From Ramazzottius varieornatus (lineage: Eukaryota > Animalia > Tardigrada): 64,000 nt of DNA. The stretch covers positions 1,311,773 to 1,375,772 of the forward strand of contig BDGG01000010.1 of assembly GCA_001949185.1 (NCBI GenBank). The letters are read 5' to 3'. The notes under the pieces were generated by a model. It did no database searches. It was not told the origin of the DNA and was given only the letters and a program-made list of their open reading frames with translations. Shown here in pieces: positions 13,501 to 25,090 of this stretch (its first letter is position 1; each line of letters starts with the position of its first letter). A program made the position numbers and the translations under genes.

Positions 13501-16500
13501 GCACCTACCGATCCTTCCTATGGCGAGCAAGTGGAAGGATTGGTGCAGGCTCGGCCATCGAATCAGAACGAGATCGGATCTTCGAGCGGCACACCACTCA
13601 ACAAAGCTGGCGGTGGAGAACAGTCGGTCAGGAAAGGGGGCGTAGCCGGAGTTCCTGTCGATCCGACTATCGCATCATCAGATGTCATCGAAGGTATTCT
13701 GCCACCGTCGGACCTTCCTCCGCTCAATCAAAATCGTAAGTGCTTTTTTTCTGTCATTCCCTTCTACAAGTTTATCTTGTGCGCGTTATTTGTACGGTGC
13801 TTTGCAATAAGAAAATTGCCTATAAAAGTACATAAAAAGGGCGGAAAAGACCTAATTCGAGTGTCAAAACGCCAGCAATTGCACCTTCCAAAGCTTTCAG
13901 AATAAAATCAAGTTCTCGTCGGCCACACAAACTTTCTTTTTTACAGTGGCTTATCTCCATCCATCTGACCCAACAATGACCGACAATATCGAAGGCATGC
14001 CCAAGCTGAAGCCAGCCGTGAGCAGCATCTTCCTTCCAATCGAACCGACTTCTGCCGACCGCTTCGCAGGTATCGCCACCGCTTCCACAAACAAGAGTGG
14101 TAACTCCGCGGCGGAGCCTCTGCCTGCTGATTCCGTCGAGGGCGTCTGGCAGTGGTCGCATCCTCTCACCGACAACCTCAATGCTGTTCCAGGTGCAGTC
14201 CAGATCTCCGTCAGCACACAACGCGCTAATGGCACGGAAATACTCTCGCACACCGGCAATAGTTCCTTGATTGCTATCGCGGGGAACACCAAGCTGAATA
14301 TCACGTCGAGCTTAATGAACTCCACTCTCTTCCCGGCCTCAGCCGCCATGCTGGGTATTCAGCTCAACGGAAGTCTCCCAGCCAACATGGTGGTCTCTGT
14401 CAACTCCAACAAGGGCCTTCGACCACTTCAGCTAGCCAAGCCAACATCTGGTAAGCCCAAAATCAAACTCAAAAAGTTTTTCTTAAGACAACTGGGACGT
14501 GGGCATAAGAATGGAAGCATATCGTTTTCTTCACTGGCGCACGTCTTCGTTGGTACAGGGTGGAAGTGTGCGCCACTCGGGAAACGATATGGTTTAAATC
14601 ATTTGCCCAAATATGTAATTGCTTTGGTACGTGTTTACAATTTATTTCCAATAGGTTCAGCTTTAACAGACGACGATAATACAACCGACTCTACAGTAAT
14701 CCAGATCGCCGTGGAGCCTAACAGCGGGGACGACTACGAGGGACAACTGCACAAAGTGGACGCTAACGTGAAGAACCAAGGGGTTGAACCAAACCCCACC
14801 GATGACTATGAAGGTATCCAGAGACCTAGCGACTTGAATCAAGTTATCATAGCTGATAGCCAGACTACCACCGTCAGAAGCACCACCATCCCCACACCGC
14901 CTAGCCGGTGGGTAATACAGACAAACAACGCACAGAGAACCCAGGTGAACAAGACTGTTGGGTTACCCGGAAGTAATAACCAGTGGGGGGTACCCATTCA
15001 AATTATTCGATACAACGCTGCCGACATCTTAACGAAAGTTACCACCAACACAACCACAGCTACCACCACTCAAGCTAGCGTTTCCTCCTCGGCACGACCT
15101 TCTTCCACAAGCCGAAGCAGCTCTTCGTCGCAAAGAATCAGTCAAAGTACGACATCAAAACCCAGTAGCGCCACCACATCACCGTTGACTACACGGACAA
15201 CGATCACTGCCTCAACATCGACTTCAACCAGCCGGAACTTGGTGACGAGTAGCACGACATCAAGTCCGGTACCTCTGGCCGAAGATGGCCATGACGAAAT
15301 CAAGTCTATCATTCAACCGGGTAACATCGATCAGATATCGTCCATGCGAGTCAACGAGAATCCGCGTACGACGACAAGAAAACCTGCTACCACATCAGCA
15401 CAAGTGGCGCTAACGGGACTTGAACAAGGTTCTACGGTTGGGTCGAGCCGAAATGGCTCGGGTATTCCAGTTATTTCCGGGTTCGAACCTGGCGAGCCAC
15501 TCACCGGCATCTACGAGCGCGGTAGGCTAATCGTAAAATAGGACGTGGGCGAATGAACTCAGCCAGTTGTTTTTCTAAGTGACGCACATCTCCATTGTTA
15601 TTGGCTGGAAATGAAAGTCCACTTGGGAAAGCGATCTGGTACGAATCATTCGCCTACGTCAGAAATGATATCTTGATACTATCGTCTTCATTAGCGAAAT
15701 CTCCTCTGATTTCAGGCTGCTTTTTCGATGGGGCTTACTACAGAAACTACCAATCCATTCCGACCAACGACATCCAAGTCGGTTCCTTGTACGACCCTTG
15801 TCTAGTTCGACTGTGTAAAGAAGGAGTCGTTCTTGGGCCAAGCGAGCAAAGATGTCCTCCTCCCATCGACGGATGCTTCAGCACTTCGATACCTGGTGTA
15901 TGCTGTCCAGTGTACCTCTGTCGTAAGTACTCAGACACGATATGTGACCTGTCTGTCACAAAAAGGTGTCAAGATCAAGTGTAAGAGAACCTCTCTTTTT
16001 TGCAGCAAACTACCTGGAGCGGAACGAGACTTCATACACTCTACGTGCTGCATCCGGTGACACCTTGAACACGGAAAAGACCAAGATGGCTCTAGCTAAA
16101 TGTACGTAAAGACTTCGAAACTGCATTCGAACCTTTCCATATTCGTCTATCTGATGAAATGTTTTCCTTTGCAGTTTGCCGAGTCGGTCCCAGGTTCCTG
16201 GCTCTGAATGAACGCGTAGTCCACGTTATGGGCATTCAGTGTCAAACATGTACCTGCAAACCGAAAGGTATCGTTTGTGAGCCTGGATGCGCTCAGAACT
16301 TGCTCATCGCCACAGAAGCACCGGAAGTGATAACGCCCCGAATCTTCCCAACTTTATCACCTACCACCACTCAACCCACGACAACGCTACCGACAACTGT
16401 ACCTCCGATAACAGAACCACCGGGTTCAAGAAGTAAGAGAAATTTTTGTTTGAGGTTTTAGGCATATAAGCTTATTTTTACTGTTTTCGCAGGTTGCGTG

Positions 16501-16659
16501 ATACAGAAGAAGCGCTTCCGCAATGGCGAAGAAGTCAGCTTCGACGACCCATGCCACATGTGCTCATGCATGGACGGCCTAATTATTTGCAAAGTAAATC
16601 GAAGAGGATGTCGGTCTTCCAGAATAATTAATGCCCTAGATTCCTTCCCTTTCTTATAA
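10541..16659 (+). CDS. Secreted extracellular-matrix protein: signal peptide, 3 VWFC, long Pro/Thr/Ser mucin-like repeat region, 3 VWFC (tenectin/tenebrin-like)
   Basis: Exon 10541-10583 spliced to 10731 gives the signal peptide MWTVIRALVFLCCYGFVLA. Cys patterns CxxCxC..C..C..CCP occur at about 10835, 11145, 11460 and 15715, with truncated modules at about 16175 and 16495. Stop TAA at 16657-16659. The tenectin comparison rests on architecture only. Confidence 0.85.
14495..14609. repeat. Family-1 intronic palindromic element (intron 14451-14654)
   Basis: CATATCGTTTTCTTCACTGGCGCAC, 25 nt, GTGCGCCACTCGGGAAACGATATG, with outer GGACGTGGGC..ATCATTTGCCCA ends. Confidence 0.85.
15541..15660. repeat. 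Family-1 intronic palindromic element with long outer TIRs
   Basis: GACGTGGGCGAATGA...TCATTCGCCTACGTC outer inverted repeat enclosing AAGTGACGCAC, about 25 nt, ..CCACTTGGGAAAGCGATC. Confidence 0.8.
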
Positions 16660-16930
16660 TTTATAATCGCGACCAGCTTTCAGTCGGTGTTGATTTAAGA
16701 TTTCTTGTTGCATCGTTAAGTTAAGTTTGACGTTGAGACGAGTTTCGGTCGGTTAATTGTAACTGACTGAAATTCTGTTTTGACGCTGTTCCTACATCCC
16801 TGTTTCCCCATTTTTGGTAAATTCCTACGAGTCAAGAGAGCAAAGTAACGGATCGATGCTCTGAATTATGTGCTGCGGACATGGTGTCATCTTGTTCCAG
16901 TGGCTCACTGGTCAAGGTGTGGCATTTTCT

Positions 16931-17031
16931 ATATCATATGACGTGACATACTGGCATGACTCATGCGACGGACGAGTCATTAAGCGGGTTTTGCTAGCGC
17001 CATTTGAGTCATGCTACGTCATATACGATAT
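16931..17031. repeat. Interrupted inverted repeat upstream of BAF
   Basis: ATATCATATGACGT...GCATGACTCA / TGAGTCATGCTACGTCATATACGATAT. Confidence 0.6.
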
Positions 17032-17256
17032 CCGATAATCAACACATAAATAAATTCTTGTTTTCCTTCTACTCAACGAAAGCCGCGAAGTTCTCATTTC
17101 TCCGCTTTCCCTCCTTGAAGTCCTTGTTTTCGTTTCCTTTTACTGGGAAGCTGAGTTGTCCAACCTGTACGTAGATAGAACCGTGGGCTTGTGGATCGTA
17201 AGGAGTTATCTACTGACCGAAAGCTATCTAGAGTCGAAGAGAACAAGGCATCAGCC

Positions 17257-17595
17257 ATGTCTGCCACCACGTCCCAAAAATTCCGAAACTTCCAGAGTGA
17301 ACCCATCGGGGAGAAGGAAGTTACCGCTGTAGCTGGAATCGGGGATGTCTTGGGAGCACGTCTGGTGGAAAAAGGATACGACAAGGTGAGGTTGAGTGTG
17401 GCTGACAGTATGAAGACGGCTGACTTGGGTGCTGTGCTTTCTTTACAGGCATATGTGTTACTGGGACAGTTTTTGGTGTTGAAGAAAGACCGAGAGCTCT
17501 TCCAAGACTGGCTCCATGAAACCTGCAACGCCAATGCTAAACAGCAGAAGGACTGCGCAGACTGTCTGGCCGAATACGTCAAGGAGAACTTGTAA
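17257..17595 (+). CDS. BANF1: Barrier-to-autointegration factor (91 aa, one 63-nt intron 17386-17448)
   Basis: [31 protein letters not shown]|[30 protein letters not shown] matches the BAF family throughout. Confidence 0.97.
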   Translation: MSATTSQKFRNFQSEPIGEKEVTAVAGIGDVLGARLVEKGYDKVRLSVADSMKTADLGAVLSLQAYVLLGQFLVLKKDRELFQDWLHETCNANAKQQKDCADCLAEYVKENL

Positions 17596-17974
17596 GATAC
17601 ACCATGACTGACCGCTTACTGCCCATCATCGCGGTATCAGTGATATTCAATAGACGCAACTCTTTACCTTCCAGTTGATCTTAACTAATTTTTTTAGATG
17701 ACTTCATCTCTTCACGGCGTCTTTTCTCAAGTTTTACCCAATGGTTTGCGCCGTTTAGTACAAAAAACGTTAGAACTTAGAACATAGATTCCTGAAGTAC
17801 GGTATTCTTCGTTCAACATGACGTGTCCGCTATTTGAAACTTTTTCCGTTGAAATTCACCAAACCAAATCACCGGAATCTTCCATCATATATTAAAAGCA
17901 GAATTCCAAATGAAATATACACTGAAAACTCCAAAACGAGAAAACAGTGTGGGAGTCTGTACTGTTTATATCGT

Positions 17975-20900
17975 TCAAAGTTTACGTGGTTTAGGCTTCC
18001 TCATAAGGCCTAAATCGCCATCGGCTATCCAAGATGGCTTTCTCTCCACCTTGTCATTCACCAGATGATCAACTTCCTCAGAATAGTGCAGAAAGCGGAT
18101 CAAGCGATCCTCAAAGCTTTCAATCTTGTTCAAGTTAGACGGCGTCGAAGGAAGCGGGTCAGAACCGGACTTTTGGCATAAGCTCAAATAGTCCTTGATT
18201 GTTTGTGCCAACTGCTGCAGTTGCTTGTCCATGTCCTTGCTGACGCTCTGTTCCGCATTCAGGTAATTTTGGGTCTTGTCTTTCTGTTCACGCAATATTT
18301 CGACGTGACTTGCAAGAGTCTTATTTTCCAGGGACAGTTGCTGGATGCCAGTCACACGTGGATCGCCGGTCTCACCAACCTTGGTGGAGACAGAAAATCA
18401 ATTTATGGAAGGCAATGGAATCAAAGAAAAAATCGGTTACCGAAGAAAAATAAACGAATATAACCGAATTACCTTCGTCGGGTCTTCAGCACCTTCTTCC
18501 AATACCTTAGCCGCCTCTTTCTTCCGAACTTCCTGCAGGTCGCGCAAGTGCCTCTGCAGTTTTCTGCCATGTTTGGTGGAGACCGACAGTAGTTCTTTCT
18601 TCAGTTGGACTTCTCTTTGAGTGGCATCTAATCTCTGATCGCACTTTTTGTAGCTTTCAATGGCGACCGAGGCGTCATCGGAGAACTTCTTTGCGCGTTT
18701 GCGGCCTTCCACATGGTTCTTGACAGCCTCCTGTAGGTTGTCATTCATGCTTAGAACGAGTGCGCGTTGGTATTCTTTGAAGAGCACACCGACACGCTTC
18801 TCGTACTGACGGAACAGCTCGTTCTTTCTTCGTGCGGAGTTTAGGAGCATCGTGGATACCTTCTTTGTGAACTCTGCCTTTGTTCGTCTAGCTTGTCGTT
18901 GTAGGAATTTCAGCTGCGTTTCCATCTGACGCTGCTTCTCTGGATACTCGCGTAACGCGTGAAGGCGCATCTGAAGATATTCCTTCCGCGCCGCGAACTG
19001 ATCAACCAGTCTCTGCTTTTCCAGCTGCAACCAAGCTAAGCAAGTATTCTGGTATTCTGTTTGTATTTGCGCTTTATTCTGTAACTCCTCGAGTTTTAAG
19101 TTCAACTTGGCTACTTTCTGTTTTTCCAGGTCCCTTTGGTCAAGGAGGAAGTCGATAAACTGAACCATGGCTGAGTACTCCGTCTTGTTTCTTCCACTGG
19201 CCTCTTGGTAATCCACCTCCAGCTGTAGCCACAGTTCCCTTCGTAGTCTTACTTGCTGTTCCAAGTCTTTGATCTGTACAGCGTAGTAATCAGGGGTCTT
19301 TTCATACAGGAAAGCTCCTCGGACATGCTTCCAGCCTTCATCGTCGGAGTCCTCGTCAAAGTCCATTTCGTTTTCGGGTTTGTGGAGCTCCTTCCGCAGG
19401 ACGCTGGGCGGCATCTCCAAGTCGTGGGCGAGAGCGTATAGATCGTCGACAGGTACGGTTTGTAGCTCGTTGTGGGACAAAGGGACCGAAACGTCGTACT
19501 GGTGACCGGCGAGCTCTAGGGGTGGAAGAGCGGAAGTCATGACCTCAGGTTTGTGACGGGCTTTTATCTTTGTGGAGATTTCTTTCTTAATTATGTCTTC
19601 AACGGGCTCGCAGTCGCTAGAACTCCTATCGGAATTGTAATAATCGTGTTGGTCGTCTTCGTGTACAGGTGTGGGTACTTTGTATGGTACCGCTGTGATA
19701 GACCGCTTCGGCTTCTTCATCGTACCTCCTATCGAAACGCTCACAGATAAGCACAATAACTAACAAGAACGCCCCAGCGAATAATCGGGATAATTGTACC
19801 TTTAGGTTCGTCCTCCGCCGAAGAAGTGTCTTCGTCGTTCGGATCCTCGTTAGGATTCACAGCGATCGGGACAAGAGGTTTCCGAGGTAAGGCCTGTTCG
19901 TCGTCGTACGGCTCGCGTTCCTCCTCGTCCACCCAGTCCGCATCTGGTAGATGTTTGTCCACAGCAGCCTCGTACTGGAGCAGCTTCTTTGCCAGTCGGC
20001 TAGCTACCACATCGACCTCCAAGTCTTTCCTGCCAATCGGTACTTTCTGTCCACGTAGTACACGCTCTCGTCTGTACTCTAAAAAACTCAGGTCCTCACA
20101 GCTCTCTGTCACCAGTGCATCTTGTTCCTCTGTAGTCGTCAGCAACTCGTTTCGGTGGACAAAGGCTTTCTCGGGAAATTTCGTCCGGCGTCCTTCGTCA
20201 TACAACTCTGCTGGATACCTCCGTATCGACGCTGTCTTGGGCGGAAGTGGTAACAACCTTGACAGTTTTGGGGTTACTTTACCTCGTGGAGTAGCTCTTG
20301 AAGATGCCTTATTTTCCTTCTTATTAGTAATAACTGATACTTTGTTTTCAGATGGCGCCTTCTTTCTCACTGACTCAGCTGAAGATGATCGGATCGAACT
20401 TGGCGGTCGTTCGAAATCACCAGAGTTTTGTGTGTTCAGCGTGGAAGAAGCCGTTGCGATAGCATTCAGTTTCTCCAGGACTTCCGGTCCCATTGTACCA
20501 AAATCAAGGTTAGTTTCAAGTAGATCTTTCACTGAAGTGTAGAGCGGTAACTGCGGGTCAGATTTTGTCATAAACAAATCTGCAAACTGACGAGCAATCC
20601 AGTCAGACTTTGCTTTTGTGATGGGCTCGTTGAATGACAGGGACTTCTTTACAGGCCTAGGTGGCGCTGCAGGTACCTTCTCGACTACTTTCGGCTCTTC
20701 GGCCTGGATGTTCGCTTCGTCTGAATCGTCCTTTTCTTCCGACCACACTTCAGGTTCCTGTTCTCTCGATTCCACGGACGACTCGGATGACGTCCATTCC
20801 GGTACGTCATATCCTTCCAAATCAGTTTCCCCTCCCGTAGATTCTGATTCAGTCGCGCCAGATTCATTGCCATCAGCAGGTTCACCTTTCACTTCCTCCT

Positions 20901-21231
20901 CCAGATCTTCCGTAAGACTACTGAGTGACCGACCATCATCGCTGTCTTCTTCGGCGGAGATGAGTGCTTCATACTTGTCGATATCCAGCCTGTCGCCAAA
21001 GTCAAGGATAAGTTCCGGCGGAATATTCTCTTGTAGCGAACCATCGTCTGCTTCCTCGCTGTCATCATCGAACGGTGGTCGCTCAAAGTCGCCGGCATTG
21101 GGTAGCAGCCCGTTGTCATTTCTCGGAAGATTAGGGTCGTCCTTTGAGTACTTGGCTACGAGGTGAAGGAGACTTGGACCCGGAAGTGGATCCAACTCCT
21201 TTTTTAATGATTTGCCGCCCTTCTTCGGCAT
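17975..21231 (-). CDS. CFAP157: Cilia- and flagella-associated protein 157-like coiled-coil protein with long acidic disordered N-terminus (about 1030 aa, introns 19729-19799 and 18380-18472)
   Basis: Two GT-AG introns join three ORFs in frame. The segment DYYAVQIKDLE..W...RLHALREY...AEF...RV....EY....M......AVK aligns without gaps to CFAP157 as I recall it (EFYHIQIRDLE..W...KLAALEEF...NEF...RV....EF). The protein starts MPKKGGK. Confidence 0.72.
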
Positions 21232-21891
21232 GATTTACGTCAAGATGTTACTACGATACTGTGTGCCGTATTCAATGAGATGTCAAATCGCAAGTCGGCG
21301 TCCCTGATCTCTAGAAGATAAGCGCGGAACGCCGCTGTATGAGAGTTTAATGGCAACAAGCTTTCACGTACAAACGAGGGGCGTTGTTACAGTTGACAGC
21401 ATTGGTACTTCGTTTTTTACTGCATATAACTTCGGTATTCACCTCCGGTAGCCTGTGAAAATATCGAAGGTCTTACCGGTATTCCATAGTTAAATTCATA
21501 CAGATCGTAAATTGTTGCAGGCCATGTCTGTAAGTGTTGCGGTTACTCGCGGGAAATATGTGAGCAGACTGAATCCTAGGTAAAATCGAAATGAGAGTGG
21601 ACTTGACATTGATGAGAGCCATTTGTATGCAAAGGTGGTTTGGCCACATAGTTATTCATGTTTGTCAGTACCTCTTGACAGTCGAAGCGATCGTTGCTGT
21701 TTTGCTGTTTAGCAGGTTCAAGCAAACTTCGAAGCACATAAACCGGGGATGCCTCCCTAATACCTATGTATAAACCTTTATCCTCTTTCCCCTATCCGGT
21801 TTTGACCGGGATATCAGCCTGTCTTCACAGCTAAAGACACCCTGCACAATCTGAGGGCTTACGTGCTGCCTCACTGCGATGAGATACAATC

Positions 21892-23405
21892 ATGGCTGAT
21901 CGTTCTATTTGGCCAAGATGGTTGCTGTTGAGCATTTTTGGATATCTTCCTGGGACAATCAGTGCGCAAATTCCGATGGGAGTTACACCCGGATGTGACG
22001 ACGGACAGGTAAGTTTCCTCACGGCCAAGACACGTAATTTTGTCGTGGAGGTTCACTTTCGCGAATGTTGTTTTGAAAGAAGGTTTCAATCCTAGACAAG
22101 CCTGGATGTGGACTGGAATGGGCTTTCCCGGGACTACTGGTGCACAGAGGGACAGTGGAAGACCAACGCATCGGTGCGTGCACATTACAGTATTCACCTG
22201 TTGCTTGTCTATATCCTCTGGTCTATCTCTTTCGAGAGGTTCCAGCCATAAAAACATATTTTTCAGGCTCCTCCAGTCCAATCTTGTGATCCTTCTCCAA
22301 ACCAGGTAAGTCGACGGTAGATTACTTCGGCGAAATTGCTTTGTGGTAAGTACTTGCCCCAGGGAAGTCCAGAGTATGGAAAACGCGGCGGTAGCCTTAC
22401 CACAAGGATACAAATGTACGCGTATGCTGAAACTTTTGTCTTGTTATAGAGGACTCATTATTGCATGAACGACAAGATTGCTTACACCGATGTTCCTCCC
22501 ACGTAGTAAGAGATCTCTTGTCTGAATATGCTACTTGATGATAGTTGTAGAGTGAGGCCTAACGTTTACTGATTTCGCCCCGTAACCTCGTACTGCTCTT
22601 GTTTTTAGCGGGGACCACAGGCCTGTATGGCCGGTATACGGGGAATACAAGTACGCGCCCCCTCAAAGATGGATTCATAGCTTAGAAGTAATTAACCTTG
22701 GTCAGAATCTTGACAACTGACATGTTAACATTGTAATGTGAATTCCATTTAAAGCACGGCGCCGTAGTGATGCTTTATCATCCTTGTGCCAATATGGTTC
22801 AGGTGGACAAGTTGAGGACGCTCGTACGAGGATGTCTTCGACGCCACCTGATCACGCCGTATAATAAACTCCCAAGGTCCACGGTATGTATGGGACTTTG
22901 TGTCTTGATCCTTACTCACGATCCTTACGACCCTTATTCACGATTTCTTTCAGCCAATGGCGTTGCTGACATGGGGATGTAAATTGCTCATGAATGTTGT
23001 GGACGAGAGGGTGGCGGTCGAGTTCATTAAGGTACCTCGTACTTGTGCAAGTGTTGCGAACAGTTGAACGTGGAAGGCCCAGGTTTACTGCTGCAATTAC
23101 TCGTTTTACTTTGTCAGACTCATGCTGACAGAGGTCCCGAAAAACTCTTCGAGGACGGTGTGTTCTCATACAACCTCATAAAGCGGGCAGCCATGATCAC
23201 AGATGCCGGGGACTCTGTGATCTGTCCATCAGGCACTTCCGGGTCCAACGCAGCACTCGGACAACCCTCACAGTTTCTTCCCGCTACCTCTTCCGCCTCT
23301 TTCCCAGTCACTTATAGGTTTTTGATGAGTTGGACTCATGTGATAGCGCTTTCAGTTTCCCTGATAGTATTTTCCGTTGTCGTTTCGCCCTTCGGACAGG
23401 ACTGA
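21892..23405 (+). CDS. DUF3105-domain secreted or membrane-anchored protein (8 exons)
   Basis: Signal peptide, then spliced [80 protein letters not shown], which matches the DUF3105 motif series. Hydrophobic C-terminus. Confidence 0.85.
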
Positions 23406-23991
23406 GCTCAAGCAGAGCAATCCTAATTTATATATACTGCTATCCATTTATTTTCACTGTACGCTCTCGCGTTCGCCCAGTTTCAGACCGAATTGGTTCA
23501 AACTTTGCCCAAAATTCAGGAATGTTGTCTAGCTGTCGCCAACGTGGTCGGTTTTTCAGTTTCCCATTCTGTAGTTCAGCTTTTGATTTTTTCTTGCAAT
23601 TTTCATGGCTCCTGCGTGTTTTTATGATGCGGCTCATTGCCTAGCAAACTGGCAAATACTTTAGGCAGCTCCATTCCCGACGTCTATGTGCGCTGCTACA
23701 TAGATCTTCCTGTGGAACTTTTCCCGATAGTCACAAGCGAGGAACTCAACAAGGTTCGTTCCAGTTCCGTCCACTATTTGGAACTTGTGGTTCAGACCTA
23801 CTCGAGCTTCACCTCATTTCGCTGATCTAATGATTTTGGGACAAATGGTTTCCCAGCGGACCGAACTTTCCCGAAGGCCACATTTAAAGCTGTAGAGAGT
23901 GGTCGGTGGGTAGATCAAAGCGACTCTCGCAGCGGTCAAGGCCGTGACACTCTTTGGCCTCTGTTAGTTAAGGTAAACGGGGGGGGGGGGG

Positions 23992-24041
23992 NNNNNNNNN
24001 NNNNNNNNNNNNNNNNNNNNNNNNNNNNNNNNNNNNNNNNN
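23992..24041. other. Assembly gap (50 N) flanked on both sides by AAC + poly-G
   Basis: N run seen directly, with the same AACG(n) sequence on both flanks. Confidence 0.99.
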
Positions 24042-24178
24042 AACGGGGGGGGGGGGGTAAAAGAGATAGTAGATAGCTGGCCCACTGAAACAATGTGTCA
24101 TCGGACACCTCGTTTGCGCTCCAAACTGGATGTCAAGCCTGAGAAGTTCTTCCGAAACAAACGTTTTCACAAACCGTA

Positions 24179-24378
24179 CACGCACGACGGGAAGTTATGG
24201 GCCGGTAAAAATTATGAGGCCAGGCGGAAAAGACGGCAAAATGGAATTTCAAATGTACAAAAGTGTCCAAAAGTGCATCACTGTGAATCAGTCCCGTAGG
24301 TACGTGCTTCCGTACCGCCGTATCGAAAACGCCTGGTCCCATAATTTTTACTGACCCCATAATTCCCCGTCGTGCGTG
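24179..24378. mobile_element. 200-bp MITE with about 55-bp TIRs and flanking TA (Tc1/mariner-type non-autonomous element)
   Basis: TA|CACGCACGACGGGAAGTTATGGGCCGGTAAAAATTATGAGGCCAGGCG...CGCCTGGTCCCATAATTTTTACTGACCCCATAATTCCCCGTCGTGCGTG|TA. Confidence 0.75.
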
Positions 24379-25090
24379 TACTAGATGAAACTTTCAACTT
24401 TGCAAGTTCGAAAGAACGAGAAACGTATGACAATCAAGCACTAAGTTATAAGAAGAAAACCACTCGCAGGTCTAAAATCTCTGCTCTCTGGCCCTTCTCA
24501 ATTCTGGCCGCAACATCGACAGAACTGCTCGCACAGTACACTGCTAATTTCTTTTGGTTTTGCGTTTGGTGTTGAACGATACTCTATTCTTTCGGCTATT
24601 TGTTTATCTTCGTCGAAAATTTCTCGTACGAATTGGTTTGAGTATTTTACTCAACGAAGTACATCGCGGGAAAAATTCGGGAACAGGGATACAATGACCG
24701 TACGGCTCCGTCCCAATGACGTAACCAAACCGCTTCGACGTAATGCACTTTGATTTGATTCCTAATTGACAAGGAGGCGATCAGCTGATCGGCAAAGAGT
24801 GTGTGTGGTTCGCCAGACAGCTTGCTGTCTCGTAGCTGTAGTACTTCATGGTGCGCAATTTGAAGCGGCAACGACGTCGGATCCGATCAGCTGTTCACCT
24901 CATTGTCAATGAAAAAGTCTCAATCAAGAGTACTGAGTCACAGGGAGTAATCCAATGGTTGGGAACTTGAGATACGCGCTGCCATCATCCCAGTTCCCGT
25001 TTTCTTCCCTTTTAGCCTCCCTCGGCGGCAAAAGTACCCGTTAAGGTGCCGCCCCGCAAATTTGTTGTCAATTTCGCAATAGCCAGGTAA

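Noticed and set aside
19741-19756. Programmed frameshift between the overlapping 496-aa and 439-aa ORFs
   Set aside because: A canonical 71-nt GT-AG intron (19729-19799) joins them in frame.
21892-23405. Horizontal transfer of DUF3105 from bacteria
   Set aside because: The gene has seven spliceosomal introns and the Cys-containing animal-type motif pattern. Nothing indicates recent transfer.
23834-24173. Possible old inverted repeat around the gap
   Set aside because: The similarity between arms is patchy and needs many gaps.
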